19,541 nt of DNA from Polyangiales bacterium (GTDB lineage Bacteria; Myxococcota_A; Polyangia; Polyangiales; Polyangiaceae). The notes beneath the pieces were generated by a model. It was not told where the DNA came from, did not search any database, and worked only from the letters and a program-made list of their open reading frames with translations. Both the position numbers and the translations under genes were made by a program. Location: NCBI GenBank assembly GCA_038231275.1, contig JBBRLQ010000060.1:1-19541 (forward strand). Direction: 5' to 3'. Shown here in pieces: positions 1 through 8,150 of this stretch; the first letter of the stretch is position 1, and every line of letters begins with the position of its first letter.

Positions 1-174
1 AGTGATTCGCTGAGCGACGCGCGCGACCTGCTGCGACAGGTGACGTGCGGGCCCCGAAGTGGTGGTACCGGCGCGGGACCCCTCGTCCTCGCGTCCAGCT
101 TCTATTGGTGTGATTGGCCGAGTCAGTGCCGGTCTGTGACGAAAAGTGCCGTCCGTCGTCGGTGTTCCCTATTT

Positions 175-1104
175 CTAGGGAAAATCTCTTTGAATACCGC
201 CACCTGGAGTGGTGCACGCATTCTGGACACGGGCGATTTGGGGCGAAGCAGGGTGGTCTTGTAGAAACCGCCCTCGCGCGGCGATGCCCTCCGAGTGCCG
301 CCCCGCGCCACAGAGTGCCAAAACGCGCGCGGCGTCGCGCTCCTCGCCGAGGGCGCCGCGAGGATAGAGACGACGGTGCTCGTCGAGGAGGGCAAGCGCG
401 CGCGACGCATGGCCCGCGGTGAGCTCCGCGTTCGCCTGCTTCAGCAGCGTGACCTCGGCGGCGAGCGTGGCGGAAGACGCGGGCGCCGGCAGCACGGGAG
501 GCGTCGGAATCAGCGGCACCGTGGAAGGCGCAACGCGCACGACGGGGGTCGGATCGGCGACCGGGGTCGGGTCCGGAAGCGCCGCAGGATCGTCCGCGGC
601 CGCGAGCGGAGCGCCGTTCGAGCGCGCGCGCGCGACGGTCGGCGCGGGCGCAGAGGTGGCCGCCGTCGTCGCCACCGTCGCCGCCACGACGATCGGGCGA
701 GGCTCCGCCTTCTTCGTCTGAGTATACGTGATCGTGCCGACGCTGACCGCGCTGACGACAGCGAGGGAGGCAATGACCTTCGACGTGATACCCATCGTGA
801 CCGCGGCGCCCGCGACGCCCGCACCCGCGCTCGCGCCAGCAGCCACCGCGCTCGCGCCAGCAGCACCCGCGCCCACCGCGCTCGCCGTCGCCGCCGTCGC
901 GCCACCTGCGCTCGCGGCCACCGTCGCCGCCGTGGCGCCAGCCGTGGATTTGGAGGCCGCCGCCACCGCCGCGCCCGCCGCCAAGCTCACCGCCACGCGC
1001 GCGGCGATCTTGGTACGAATGCGCGATCGGGCGTCGTCGTCGGGCTCGAGGCCCGGCATCGCGCTGTCGAGCAGCGCCCTCGCCTCGCGGGAAATGTCGC
1101 TCAT
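175..1104 (-). CDS. Putative membrane-anchored anti-sigma factor: short N-terminal domain, Ala/Gly-rich segment and TM helix, Pro-rich linker, C-terminal TPR-like domain (309 aa)
   Basis: True start is inside ORF 175..1824. ATG at 1104 (MSDISREARALL) overlaps the ECF sigma stop as ATGA, with GGAGG 6 nt upstream. Hydrophobic VIASLAVVSAVSVGTITY. Helical C-terminus LAAEVTLLKQANAELTAGHASRALALLDEHRRLYPRGALGEERDAARVLALC. Anti-sigma role is inferred from position and topology. Confidence 0.75.
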   Translation of the reverse strand: MSDISREARALLDSAMPGLEPDDDARSRIRTKIAARVAVSLAAGAAVAAASKSTAGATAATVAASAGGATAATASAVGAGAAGASAVAAGASAGAGVAGAAVTMGITSKVIASLAVVSAVSVGTITYTQTKKAEPRPIVVAATVATTAATSAPAPTVARARSNGAPLAAADDPAALPDPTPVADPTPVVRVAPSTVPLIPTPPVLPAPASSATLAAEVTLLKQANAELTAGHASRALALLDEHRRLYPRGALGEERDAARVLALCGAGRHSEGIAARGRFLQDHPASPQIARVQNACTTPGGGIQRDFP

Positions 1105-1754
1105 CGTGTCCTCCAGCCGTCTTTGGCGCGGTGCCGCTGCACGGCCTCTTCGAAGTCTTTTCGCGCGGCCCTGAGGCGCGCATACGCGGTGTTCACGTTG
1201 ATGTCGATCGCCTGCGCGAGCTCCGGCACGCTCATCTGCTCGAGCTCGGCGAGCACGAAGACCTCGCGCTTGTCGTCGTCGAGCGAGTCGAGGAGGCCTT
1301 CGAGCACGCGCACGGCTTCGGCGCGGGCGGCCGACTCGTGCGGCCCCATTCGCGTTCGGTCGGTGAGCGTCTCCACTTCGGCGTCTCCTTCCTGCGTCCC
1401 GAACTGCGCGGGCTTGCGCCGGCGCGTGCGCCGATGATCGGCGACGGTGCGCCGCAAGATCCCGAAGAGCCAGGTGCGGATCGAGGCGCGCGATCCGTCG
1501 AACTCCGCGAGGCGCCTGTGAACGACGACGAAGACGTCCTGAACCGCGTCCTCGACCGAGCTCGGCGGAATGCCGAGGCTCCTCACGTTCCTCCAGACGA
1601 ACGAGAAATGCTCCTCGTAGACCTGGTCGAACGTGTACGCCCGCACTTCGCCCGACGCCGGAGGATCCGACGCAGGAGCGAGAGCGGTCCCGCCCGTGAC
1701 GGAGCCCGCAGGAGCTGCCGCCGCGAACGTGCCTGTAGCGGGGGTCACCGGCAC
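1101..1754 (-). CDS. ECF-subfamily sigma-70 factor
   Basis: Region 2: FDQVYEEHFSFVWRNVRSLG...VEDAVQDVFVVVHRRL...IRTWLFGI. Region 4: LDSLDDDKREVFVLAELEQMSVPELAQAIDINVNTAYARLRAARK. Start is uncertain; GTG at 1748 is better spaced from GAGG than GTG at 1754. Confidence 0.93.
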   Translation of the reverse strand: MPVTPATGTFAAAAPAGSVTGGTALAPASDPPASGEVRAYTFDQVYEEHFSFVWRNVRSLGIPPSSVEDAVQDVFVVVHRRLAEFDGSRASIRTWLFGILRRTVADHRRTRRRKPAQFGTQEGDAEVETLTDRTRMGPHESAARAEAVRVLEGLLDSLDDDKREVFVLAELEQMSVPELAQAIDINVNTAYARLRAARKDFEEAVQRHRAKDGWRTR

Positions 1755-1801
1755 AACCTCTATTCAATCGTGTTTTTGGCCGGTCTGGGCCCGATCCATG
1801 T

Positions 1802-2902
1802 CTAAAAACGCAGCTCGACGCCAAACCCTGCTCGCGCGCTCAGGGGGGAGGGCCTGTGCACTTGTCCCACAAAGCCGATCTGGAACGACGGCCGCGTCAG
1901 CGGCGCGAGCCCTTCGAGCGTCGCACGCAGCGCGAACGGCCCGAACGGGAGGACCGCAAGCCCGCCGAGGCGAAGCGATGGAAAGAGCGCCGACCCATTG
2001 CCGCTCTCGCTCACACCGAACGCCGTCGCCGACAGGGGCCCGAGCTCTCCGCCGAAGCAGGGCGAGACCTCGATGGTCGACCGCACGACCGCGTAGCAGC
2101 CCAAGAGGCCAAGCGTCATCAAATCGATCTTCGCACCGCGCGGCGAGTTGGGCGGCGGCGCCCCGAGCGTGATCGTCTGCGTCAGCCAGTAGGCGCCATC
2201 GAGCTCGAAGCGGAGGGGGGCGGGCGTCCACGCGACATGGGCCGCCACGCCGAAGTTGGGGCGATCGAAGGTGCCGACGTCGCCCCGCGCGGAGGCGCCG
2301 AACGCGATGACCGGACCGCGCGCGGACGGAGACGGAGTCGGGGTCGGAGTCGGAGTCGGAGTCGGGGTCGGAGTCGGAGTCGGAGTCGGAGTCGGGGTCG
2401 GGGTCGGAGTCGGGGTCGGAGTCGGGGTCGGGGTCGGGGTCGGGGTCGGAGTCGGAGTCGGGGTCGGGGTCGGGGTCGCTGACGTCGTGGTCGTCCCGCT
2501 CGCCGTCGGGACCAGCACGAACACCGGCTCCGCGGTCAGCACCTTCGTCGGATCTACCGCCATCGCGACGATCAGCGCCGTCGCGTCGGCGGCGGCCTTG
2601 CACGTCTCCGCGACCAGCGTCCGCTCGCCGTGCTTGTCGCCGCTGTCGACCCCCAGCGCGAGCCGCCATTTCGTGCCGTCACGCCGCACGTCGGCCCGCG
2701 CTTTCACCTTGCGCTCCGGCGAGGCGGTCGAGCCCGAGAGCTGCCGCGCCACCTCGCCCATCACGTAGTTGGAATCAGGGCACTCCGCCGGCGCGCGCCA
2801 TTCCAGGGAGACCGCGCGCTCGGCCTGACCGAACGAGATTGCCGGCACCGCCGCGACGACGACCGCGAGCGTGACGATGCCGACGAGCCTTGCCCTGCGC
2901 AT
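1802..2902 (-). CDS. Secreted protein: signal peptide, N-terminal Cys-pair domain, (Thr-Pro)n linker, putative ~8-stranded outer-membrane beta-barrel ending in Phe
   Basis: Signal peptide MRRARLVGIVTLAVVVAAVPAISFG. WRAPAECPD...AETC domain. Alternating amphipathic strands (FGVAAHVAW, LRFELDGAYW, FALRATLEG, ARAGFGVELRF). GGAG 7 nt upstream of the ATG. Confidence 0.75.
   Translation of the reverse strand: MRRARLVGIVTLAVVVAAVPAISFGQAERAVSLEWRAPAECPDSNYVMGEVARQLSGSTASPERKVKARADVRRDGTKWRLALGVDSGDKHGERTLVAETCKAAADATALIVAMAVDPTKVLTAEPVFVLVPTASGTTTTSATPTPTPTPTPTPTPTPTPTPTPTPTPTPTPTPTPTPTPTPTPTPTPTPSPSARGPVIAFGASARGDVGTFDRPNFGVAAHVAWTPAPLRFELDGAYWLTQTITLGAPPPNSPRGAKIDLMTLGLLGCYAVVRSTIEVSPCFGGELGPLSATAFGVSESGNGSALFPSLRLGGLAVLPFGPFALRATLEGLAPLTRPSFQIGFVGQVHRPSPLSARAGFGVELRF
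2334..2477. repeat. Hexanucleotide tandem repeat GG(A/G)GTC x24, encoding poly(Thr-Pro) on the minus strand
   Basis: 144 nt directly visible; in frame with CDS 1802..2902. Confidence 0.97.
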
Positions 2903-2950
2903 GGGTTGGCTCCGGCGCGTACCGTGAAACGGTGCGGGCCGTCAAACGCG

Positions 2951-3661
2951 TCACGCCCCCTTGGGCTTTGCCCATACCCCGAATACGTAGTGGCCGGTCC
3001 CGACCCCATCGACCTCGATGTGGAAGTCGTATTCGGTGTCCTCGTCCATGCACCAGCTCTTGTCGAACTCGATGATCGCGACGGGATGCGAGGTCTTGTC
3101 GTCGGCGACGAGCGCGCCGTTCGGCTTGGTAACGAGGATGTCGAGATCCTTCACGCCGGCATCGGCGACCGCGAAGTAGCGGTAACACATGCCGCCGGCC
3201 AGCTTCAGCTTGTAGGTGTCGCGCTTGTCATGCTCGTGGTGGAGCTTGCCCATCACCGGGTGCACGTACTCGGCGAGGCCGGTCGGCGCGCCGCATTTCT
3301 TGATGAGGGCGTCGAAGTCCTTCTGCGCGTCCCCTTCGAGCGCCGTCCCCTGCCAGCACTCCTTGTCGCCCACGGTCCTCTTCGGGAACGAGGCTTTCGG
3401 GGGATTTTTCTGGAGCAGCGGCGCCATCGTAATGGTGTCGCCGTGCTTCGCCTCGATCGGATCGTCGTAGCCGGACTTCGGAGTCGGAGTCGGAGTCGGA
3501 GTCGCTGACGCGATCGGGGTCGCCGTCGGAGTCGGAGTCGAAGTCGGGGTCGCCGTTGCGGTCGTGGTCGACGGAGGCTCGGGCGGCTTCGGAGCGCCCC
3601 CACACGCGAGCGCCGTCGTTCCGAGGACCACAAAAACAGCGAGGGGATGCAGGTTGGGCAT
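2951..3661 (-). CDS. Lipoprotein with Pro/Thr linker and C-terminal beta-rich (PPC-like) domain (236 aa)
   Basis: ATG at 3661 gives MPNLHPLAVFVVLGTTALA-C (lipobox). DTYKLKLAGGMCYRYFAVAD...DLDILV...GALVADD resembles pre-peptidase C-terminal-type beta sandwiches (tentative). The ORF-track TTG at 3697 coincides with a -35 box. Confidence 0.78.
   Translation of the reverse strand: MPNLHPLAVFVVLGTTALACGGAPKPPEPPSTTTATATPTSTPTPTATPIASATPTPTPTPKSGYDDPIEAKHGDTITMAPLLQKNPPKASFPKRTVGDKECWQGTALEGDAQKDFDALIKKCGAPTGLAEYVHPVMGKLHHEHDKRDTYKLKLAGGMCYRYFAVADAGVKDLDILVTKPNGALVADDKTSHPVAIIEFDKSWCMDEDTEYDFHIEVDGVGTGHYVFGVWAKPKGA
3480..3551. repeat. Imperfect GG(A/G)GTC hexamer repeat (Thr-Pro linker of the lipoprotein)
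   Basis: ggagtc x4 followed by degenerate units; translates TPTSTPTPTATPIASATPTPTPTP. Confidence 0.85.
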
Positions 3662-3667
3662 CCCCTC

Positions 3668-3697
3668 ACGGTATCGGGCCAATTCGCCCCAGGTCAA
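3668..3697 (-). promoter_or_regulatory. Putative sigma-70 promoter for a leaderless lipoprotein transcript
   Basis: Minus strand reads TTGACC-N18-TACCGT-N6-ATG. Confidence 0.55.
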
Positions 3698-3734
3698 CTC
3701 ACCAATGGCGCAATTTGCCCCACACGCGTACGAA

Positions 3735-6128
3735 TCAGCGACCGATTGCCTCGGCGCGGTTCACGATCCTCGGCGTGAGGAAGATAACGAGCTCGTTGCG
3801 GGTGTCGTTCGCACGGCGGCGCTGGAAGAGGATGCCGAGGATCGGGATGTCCCCGAAGAAGGGCACCTGGTCGAGGTTTCGACCCGTGTTGCGGGTGAAG
3901 ATTCCGCCGATGACCGCGGTGTGGCCGTCCATGACGAGGAGATCGGTCTCGGCCTCGCGCTTCAGGATGGTCGGATCGCCGCGGGCCGAGGTCTGGTTGA
4001 AGTCGGGCTCGTCGCGGTTGATCTTCACGTGCATCGCCACGCTGCCGTCGGCGGTGACGTGCGGGCGAACCAAGAGCTGCAACTTGGCCTCTTGGAACGT
4101 CGTCTGAACACCTTGCGCGCTGACCTGGGAGAACGGGATGAGCGTTCCTTGGTTGATGCGCGCTTCGCGGTTGTCGAGGGTCAAGATGCGCGGCGAGCTG
4201 ACGATGCGGACGAGGCCGCTCGTCTCTGCGGCCGAGAGGCGCAGGCCGAGGTTCAGGTTGTTGTCGATCGCCCCGAAGGAGAAGCCGAGCGCACCGCCCT
4301 GTCCGGTACCGACGGCGGCCGGGAGGTTGACGGCGAAGTTCGGCGTCTGCACCTGGCGCTGGAACGGCGAGATGCCGGCGGTCGGGGTGTTGTTGTCGTA
4401 GTTACCGCCGGCCACGGTGGCGCGGGACGGGAACGCGACGCCGGTGGGATTGCCGGTGGCCTCGCTGAAGGTCGCGTCGCCACCCCACTGGATGCCGACG
4501 TCGCGGAGGTAGCGGCTCGTGGCCTCGACGATTCGCGCTTCGACGAGGACCTGCGGGGTCTGCGTGTCGAGGGTTCGAACGAGCTCCTCGATGTAGTTGA
4601 TGTTGCCGCTGATGTCGCGGACGATCATCGTGTTGGTGCGGTCGTCGACGGCGAGGGAGCCGCGCGGCGAGAGCAAATCCTTCGCGCGGGCCTGGAGCTC
4701 CTCGGCTTGCGCGTAGCTGACCGGGATGAGGCGTGTCTCGAGCGGCGTGAGCTCGTACTCTTGCTTGGCTGCGGCGAGGCGCAATTCCCGCTCTTTTTGA
4801 AGCTGCGCGAGCGGCGCGACGCGGATCAGGTTGCCCGAGCGGACCATGCCGAGGCCCTTGGCCTGGAGCACGACGTCGAGCGCCTGGTCCCACGGGACGT
4901 TGCGCATGCGGATCGTGATGTTGCCCTGCACGTCGTCGGCGGTGACGATGTTCACGCGCCCGACGTCGGCGAGGAGGCGCAGGATATTGTGGATGTCCGC
5001 GTCCTTGAGATCGAGGTCGATGCGCTTGCCGGTGTAGCGACCGGCGCCTTGCTGCGCGTTGATCGTCGCCGCGAAGCCTGCCTCGCCGCCCGCCGTCGTC
5101 GTCTCGACCTTCGGTTCGGGCTGATCGCCGCCGCGGATCGACGTCTCGATCTTCGGTCCGGCGTCGGCCACGATCTCGCGCGCGACCGTCACGGTTTTGC
5201 GCGTGGACTTGGCGATGGGCGCCGTGACCTGCGTGCCCTTCGGCACGTCGAAGCTCCAGATCAGGTTCTTGCCGTCGACCAGCACCGAGCCCTGTGCGTC
5301 ATTCGTGCGTTCGAGCTCGACGACCGTAACTCCGGTGGTTCCGTCGAAGAACGTTCCGATGTTCTTGAGGAAGCCCTTGTACGCGCCGACGTCGAGCGTG
5401 CGACCGAGGTTCTCGGGGAGCTTGCACGACTTCAGCTCGAGGCGAAGTCGCCCGGCCGCGGTAGTGCTGAGCGCGTACGACGGGACCGCCGTGAGGGCGA
5501 CGACGACGCGATCCTTGGCGGCCGTGTTCGGCGTCGCCGGGACGCGCTCGAACTTCACGTCGCTGACCTCGCTCAGGACGACCTCGACCTTCGGCTCGTC
5601 CTTCGCGGGAGCGGCCGGACCTCTGGTGGGGACGAGTCCATCCGACGGGCCCGTCTTGTCGGCGGGCGCGAGCGAGATGCGGAGGGTCGTGCCGTCGGCG
5701 CGCACGCGGTAGCTCGCGCTCTTCGTGAGGGAGATGGACACGCGCGTCAGCGTCCCCGCATCCGTCTTGAAGCTCTGCGTGAGCACTCCGCCAACGACGC
5801 CGGCGCCGTTCGTGATCGCCTCCGGCGCGCCCGCGACGTCTGCGCCCATCACGTCGACGATGAGGCGCTTGCCCCCTTCGGCGACGCGCGCGTTGAACGT
5901 CGGCGCGGCGGTGGCCACGACCTCGATCTCGGTGCCACCCGGCACCCCTTCGGCGGCGTGCACCGCCACGTTCTTCACGTGGTTGACGGTGACGTCCGCC
6001 CAGCATAGCGAGGTCGTCAAAATGACGACGTTGGCGCTGAGCAGCGCGGCGACGACCTTGCTTCGTCGCGAGGCACTATGGCGGGTTTTTGCCCTGAACA
6101 TGCCGTGGCTCCTGGAGCGAGCTCCCAT
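3735..6128 (-). CDS. pilQ: Type IV pilus secretin PilQ with two N-terminal AMIN-like domains
   Basis: YTGKRIDLDLKDADIHNILRLLADV, NVPWDQALDVVL, QVLVEARIVEA, VPFFGDIPILGILF, ELVIFLTPRIV. Lies downstream of pilMNOP. Alternative start at ATG 6101. Confidence 0.96.
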   Translation of the reverse strand: MGARSRSHGMFRAKTRHSASRRSKVVAALLSANVVILTTSLCWADVTVNHVKNVAVHAAEGVPGGTEIEVVATAAPTFNARVAEGGKRLIVDVMGADVAGAPEAITNGAGVVGGVLTQSFKTDAGTLTRVSISLTKSASYRVRADGTTLRISLAPADKTGPSDGLVPTRGPAAPAKDEPKVEVVLSEVSDVKFERVPATPNTAAKDRVVVALTAVPSYALSTTAAGRLRLELKSCKLPENLGRTLDVGAYKGFLKNIGTFFDGTTGVTVVELERTNDAQGSVLVDGKNLIWSFDVPKGTQVTAPIAKSTRKTVTVAREIVADAGPKIETSIRGGDQPEPKVETTTAGGEAGFAATINAQQGAGRYTGKRIDLDLKDADIHNILRLLADVGRVNIVTADDVQGNITIRMRNVPWDQALDVVLQAKGLGMVRSGNLIRVAPLAQLQKERELRLAAAKQEYELTPLETRLIPVSYAQAEELQARAKDLLSPRGSLAVDDRTNTMIVRDISGNINYIEELVRTLDTQTPQVLVEARIVEATSRYLRDVGIQWGGDATFSEATGNPTGVAFPSRATVAGGNYDNNTPTAGISPFQRQVQTPNFAVNLPAAVGTGQGGALGFSFGAIDNNLNLGLRLSAAETSGLVRIVSSPRILTLDNREARINQGTLIPFSQVSAQGVQTTFQEAKLQLLVRPHVTADGSVAMHVKINRDEPDFNQTSARGDPTILKREAETDLLVMDGHTAVIGGIFTRNTGRNLDQVPFFGDIPILGILFQRRRANDTRNELVIFLTPRIVNRAEAIGR

Positions 6129-6216
6129 GAAAATGGGCTCGCACTGCCAACGCTAGACCGTGTGATCTCGATAGGACCAATTTCTGGCTTGGATTTCGCC
6201 GTCCCGTCGCGCGCAC

Positions 6217-6254
6217 AAAACGAAACGGGGCCCGGCAGCGGCGCCGAGCCCCGT
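6217..6254 (-). terminator. Putative intrinsic terminator between pilP and pilQ
   Basis: Minus strand ACGGGGCUCGGC-gccgcu-GCCGGGCCCCGU: 12-bp stem with one U-G pair, followed by UUCGUUUU. Confidence 0.65.
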
Positions 6255-6285
6255 GTCTTTCCGCCGCGCGCGAGCGGCGATCCGA

Positions 6286-6882
6286 TCAGAGACGAGCTTC
6301 TTTGTCCTTCTGCGTCGCCTCGGGGTGAAGCGGGATCACGCGCGTGGCCGGCGCGATGCCCGGCTGCGCGGGATCTTCTCGGATCAAGACCACGTCGCCG
6401 TCGCGCACGCGATCGACGCGCCAGTTCAGCTGGTAGTCGGTTCCGTTGGTGCCGCCGGTGTGCACGACGTCGGGCCGACCGAGGAAGTCGCCACGCTTGA
6501 TGACCCAACCCTTGCTGGTCGGGTCGACGAGCATCGCGCGCGGGTACTCGCCGCCGGTGACGATGGCCACGAGCTTCAGCTCGTCGATCGAATACTGCTC
6601 GAGGACGACGTACCGCTGGATCTTCTGCGGCGTGGTGTTCTTCTCGACGAAGAGCGTCACGTACGAGCGAAACGGATCGCGGTTGTGATCGTTCTCGACG
6701 AAATCGTTCTCGGTGTACTCGACCGGCTTCGCGACTGGCGCGAGCCCCGCGTCGCCGGCTTGGTTGGCGCCGCGAGCGGCGGGAGGGGGCGGACCGCCGG
6801 TCATGACCTTGTCGCCGCACCCGACGAGCAGGGCGGAGGTCGTCGCGGCGACCGCGAACGCGAAGAGGACGTGCTTCTTCAT
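6286..6882 (-). CDS. pilP: Type IV pilus assembly lipoprotein PilP (198 aa)
   Basis: ATG at 6882 overlaps the pilO stop (ATGA). Lipobox LLVG-C. Motifs RDPF and LEQYSIDELKLVAIV...AMLVDP. Confidence 0.92.
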   Translation of the reverse strand: MKKHVLFAFAVAATTSALLVGCGDKVMTGGPPPPAARGANQAGDAGLAPVAKPVEYTENDFVENDHNRDPFRSYVTLFVEKNTTPQKIQRYVVLEQYSIDELKLVAIVTGGEYPRAMLVDPTSKGWVIKRGDFLGRPDVVHTGGTNGTDYQLNWRVDRVRDGDVVLIREDPAQPGIAPATRVIPLHPEATQKDKEARL

Positions 6883-7493
6883 TTCGTACCCCCTGGCGGC
6901 GCCGGCGCGGGCGCGACCTTGGGCTTGATGGTGTGGAACGTGGTCGCGAGGCACTTCGCGCGGATCATCACGTCGTCGCCTTGGATCTTCGAGTCGTAGA
7001 GCTCGATGTTCTCCATGTTGATGATGCGGTCCAATTTGCCGACCTCGTAGACGAACTTGGCGAGCTGGTGGAAGCGACCGCTGATCTCGAGCCGCATCGG
7101 CACCTTCGCGAAGTAGGCCTGAATTTGCTCTTCTTGCGGCTGCCACGCCTTGAGATCGATGCCCGAGACGTTGGACACCTGCTGGAGGCTCGAGAGGAAC
7201 GCCGCCGCCTCGGTCTCGGCGGGGAGGACCTTGTTCAGCTCCCGCTGGCGCTGCTGGCGCATGACGAGCTCGTCGCGATCCTGGAAGTAGCTCGCCTGCG
7301 ATTGGCGCGCGGTGGCGAGCGCGCTCTCGAGCTCTCCCTTGCGGCGCTTCGCAGCGTCGATCTTGGTGCCGACCTCGGTGTGGAGGAAGACGTAGTAGAC
7401 GAGTCCGACGATGATGACGCTCATCACGCCGAAGCCGATCTTGATCGGCATCGTCGCGCGCGCGAGCGACAGGGCTTGGGTGGCGGATGCCAT
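6879..7493 (-). CDS. pilO: Type IV pilus assembly protein PilO
   Basis: N-terminal TM, coiled coil, VLPAETE, YFAKVPMRLEISGRFHQLAKFVYEVGKLDRIIN. Confidence 0.93.
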   Translation of the reverse strand: MASATQALSLARATMPIKIGFGVMSVIIVGLVYYVFLHTEVGTKIDAAKRRKGELESALATARQSQASYFQDRDELVMRQQRQRELNKVLPAETEAAAFLSSLQQVSNVSGIDLKAWQPQEEQIQAYFAKVPMRLEISGRFHQLAKFVYEVGKLDRIINMENIELYDSKIQGDDVMIRAKCLATTFHTIKPKVAPAPAPPGGTK

Positions 7494-7496
7494 GGG

Positions 7497-8150
7497 TCAG
7501 TACCTCGCCTTCGCGCTCAGCTCGAACCGTACGAGCTCGAGATGGGTCTTGTCGTCGATCGTCTTGGACGCCGGGAGCAGCTTCAGCTCGTAGAAATAGT
7601 CGCTGAGCGAGAGGCGACGGAGGAACTCGCTGACGTCCTCGCCGTCGCGCGCGAGGCCCTGGAGCTTCACGGTGCGATCGGCCTCGTTGTAGCCGGTGAG
7701 CCAGAGGCGGCGCGGATCCCAGTTCGGGTTGGGCACCGCTCCTGGATTGTCGCGTTTGAGCTGCTCGAGCTTGTCGCGATCGACCGTCGGGCCGCGCCCG
7801 GCGGTGAGCACGTGCGACAGCTCGAGGAGCGTCGAGGTCGGACCGGTGCGCGCCGCCTGGAGCTTCTGGATCGCCTGCTCGCGATCGCGGAGATCCTTGA
7901 GCTGCGCCTTGATCTCCTCGTGGTTGGAGATCTGCGTCTTGATGCTCGCGATGTTGGCCTCGACCTCCTGGTTCGCCTTCATGGCGTCGGCCAGGACGTT
8001 CTGCTTCGATCGGTACCAAAAAAGCAGGCCGACGGCTTCGAGCAGGACCAGCCCGCCCACCACCGCTAGCCAAAGGTTGCTGGTCTCGCCGACGTCGCCC
8101 CCGCCGCGGCGCGCCTCTTTTTTCTGCGGGAGTAGGTTGATGCGGATCAT
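7497..8150 (-). CDS. pilN: Type IV pilus assembly protein PilN
   Basis: MIRINLLP PilM-binding motif, TM, coiled coil; ATGA overlap with pilM. Confidence 0.95.
   Translation of the reverse strand: MIRINLLPQKKEARRGGGDVGETSNLWLAVVGGLVLLEAVGLLFWYRSKQNVLADAMKANQEVEANIASIKTQISNHEEIKAQLKDLRDREQAIQKLQAARTGPTSTLLELSHVLTAGRGPTVDRDKLEQLKRDNPGAVPNPNWDPRRLWLTGYNEADRTVKLQGLARDGEDVSEFLRRLSLSDYFYELKLLPASKTIDDKTHLELVRFELSAKARY

Noticed and set aside
101..136. Similarity to the ECF upstream region 1759-1787 (TCTATT, TTGGCCG, GCCGGTCTG) as a shared ECF target promoter
   Set aside because: Spacing between the shared words differs between the two sites, which does not fit a fixed -35/-10 geometry.
40..264. 74-aa plus-strand ORF, and the 7-bp hairpin at 165-182 as a terminator
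   Set aside because: The ORF overlaps the anti-sigma 3' end and has atypical composition; the hairpin is weak and has no U-tract on the minus strand.
1105..1824. N-terminal extension of ORF 175..1824 (and the similar extension of PilP to 8073)
   Set aside because: Arg-rich alternate frame over real genes; ATGA-coupled internal starts explain them, and there is no frameshift evidence.
2334..2477. Tandem repeats as a CRISPR array, or as Asp-Pro/Asp-Ser and Gly-Val repeat proteins in other frames
   Set aside because: No unique spacers and no cas genes; only the Thr-Pro frame lies within a coherent protein.
2916..2945. Sigma-70 promoter TTGACG-N18-TACGCG before the beta-barrel gene
   Set aside because: The -10 box lacks the conserved final T; plausible but not supportable.
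2951..3661. Lipoprotein as the PilQ pilotin (Tgl/PilF)
   Set aside because: No TPR repeats, beta-rich sequence, and it appears to have its own promoter.
3564..6008. 814-aa plus-strand ORF and similar long antisense or alternate-frame ORFs (13257..15317, 17565..19166, 6933..8069, 15282..16511)
   Set aside because: Stop-poor shadows of real genes in high-GC DNA, with no recognisable motifs.
6130..6150. Sigma-54 promoter for pilQ (TTGGCAGTGCGAGCCC)
   Set aside because: GG-N10 is followed by CC, not GC.
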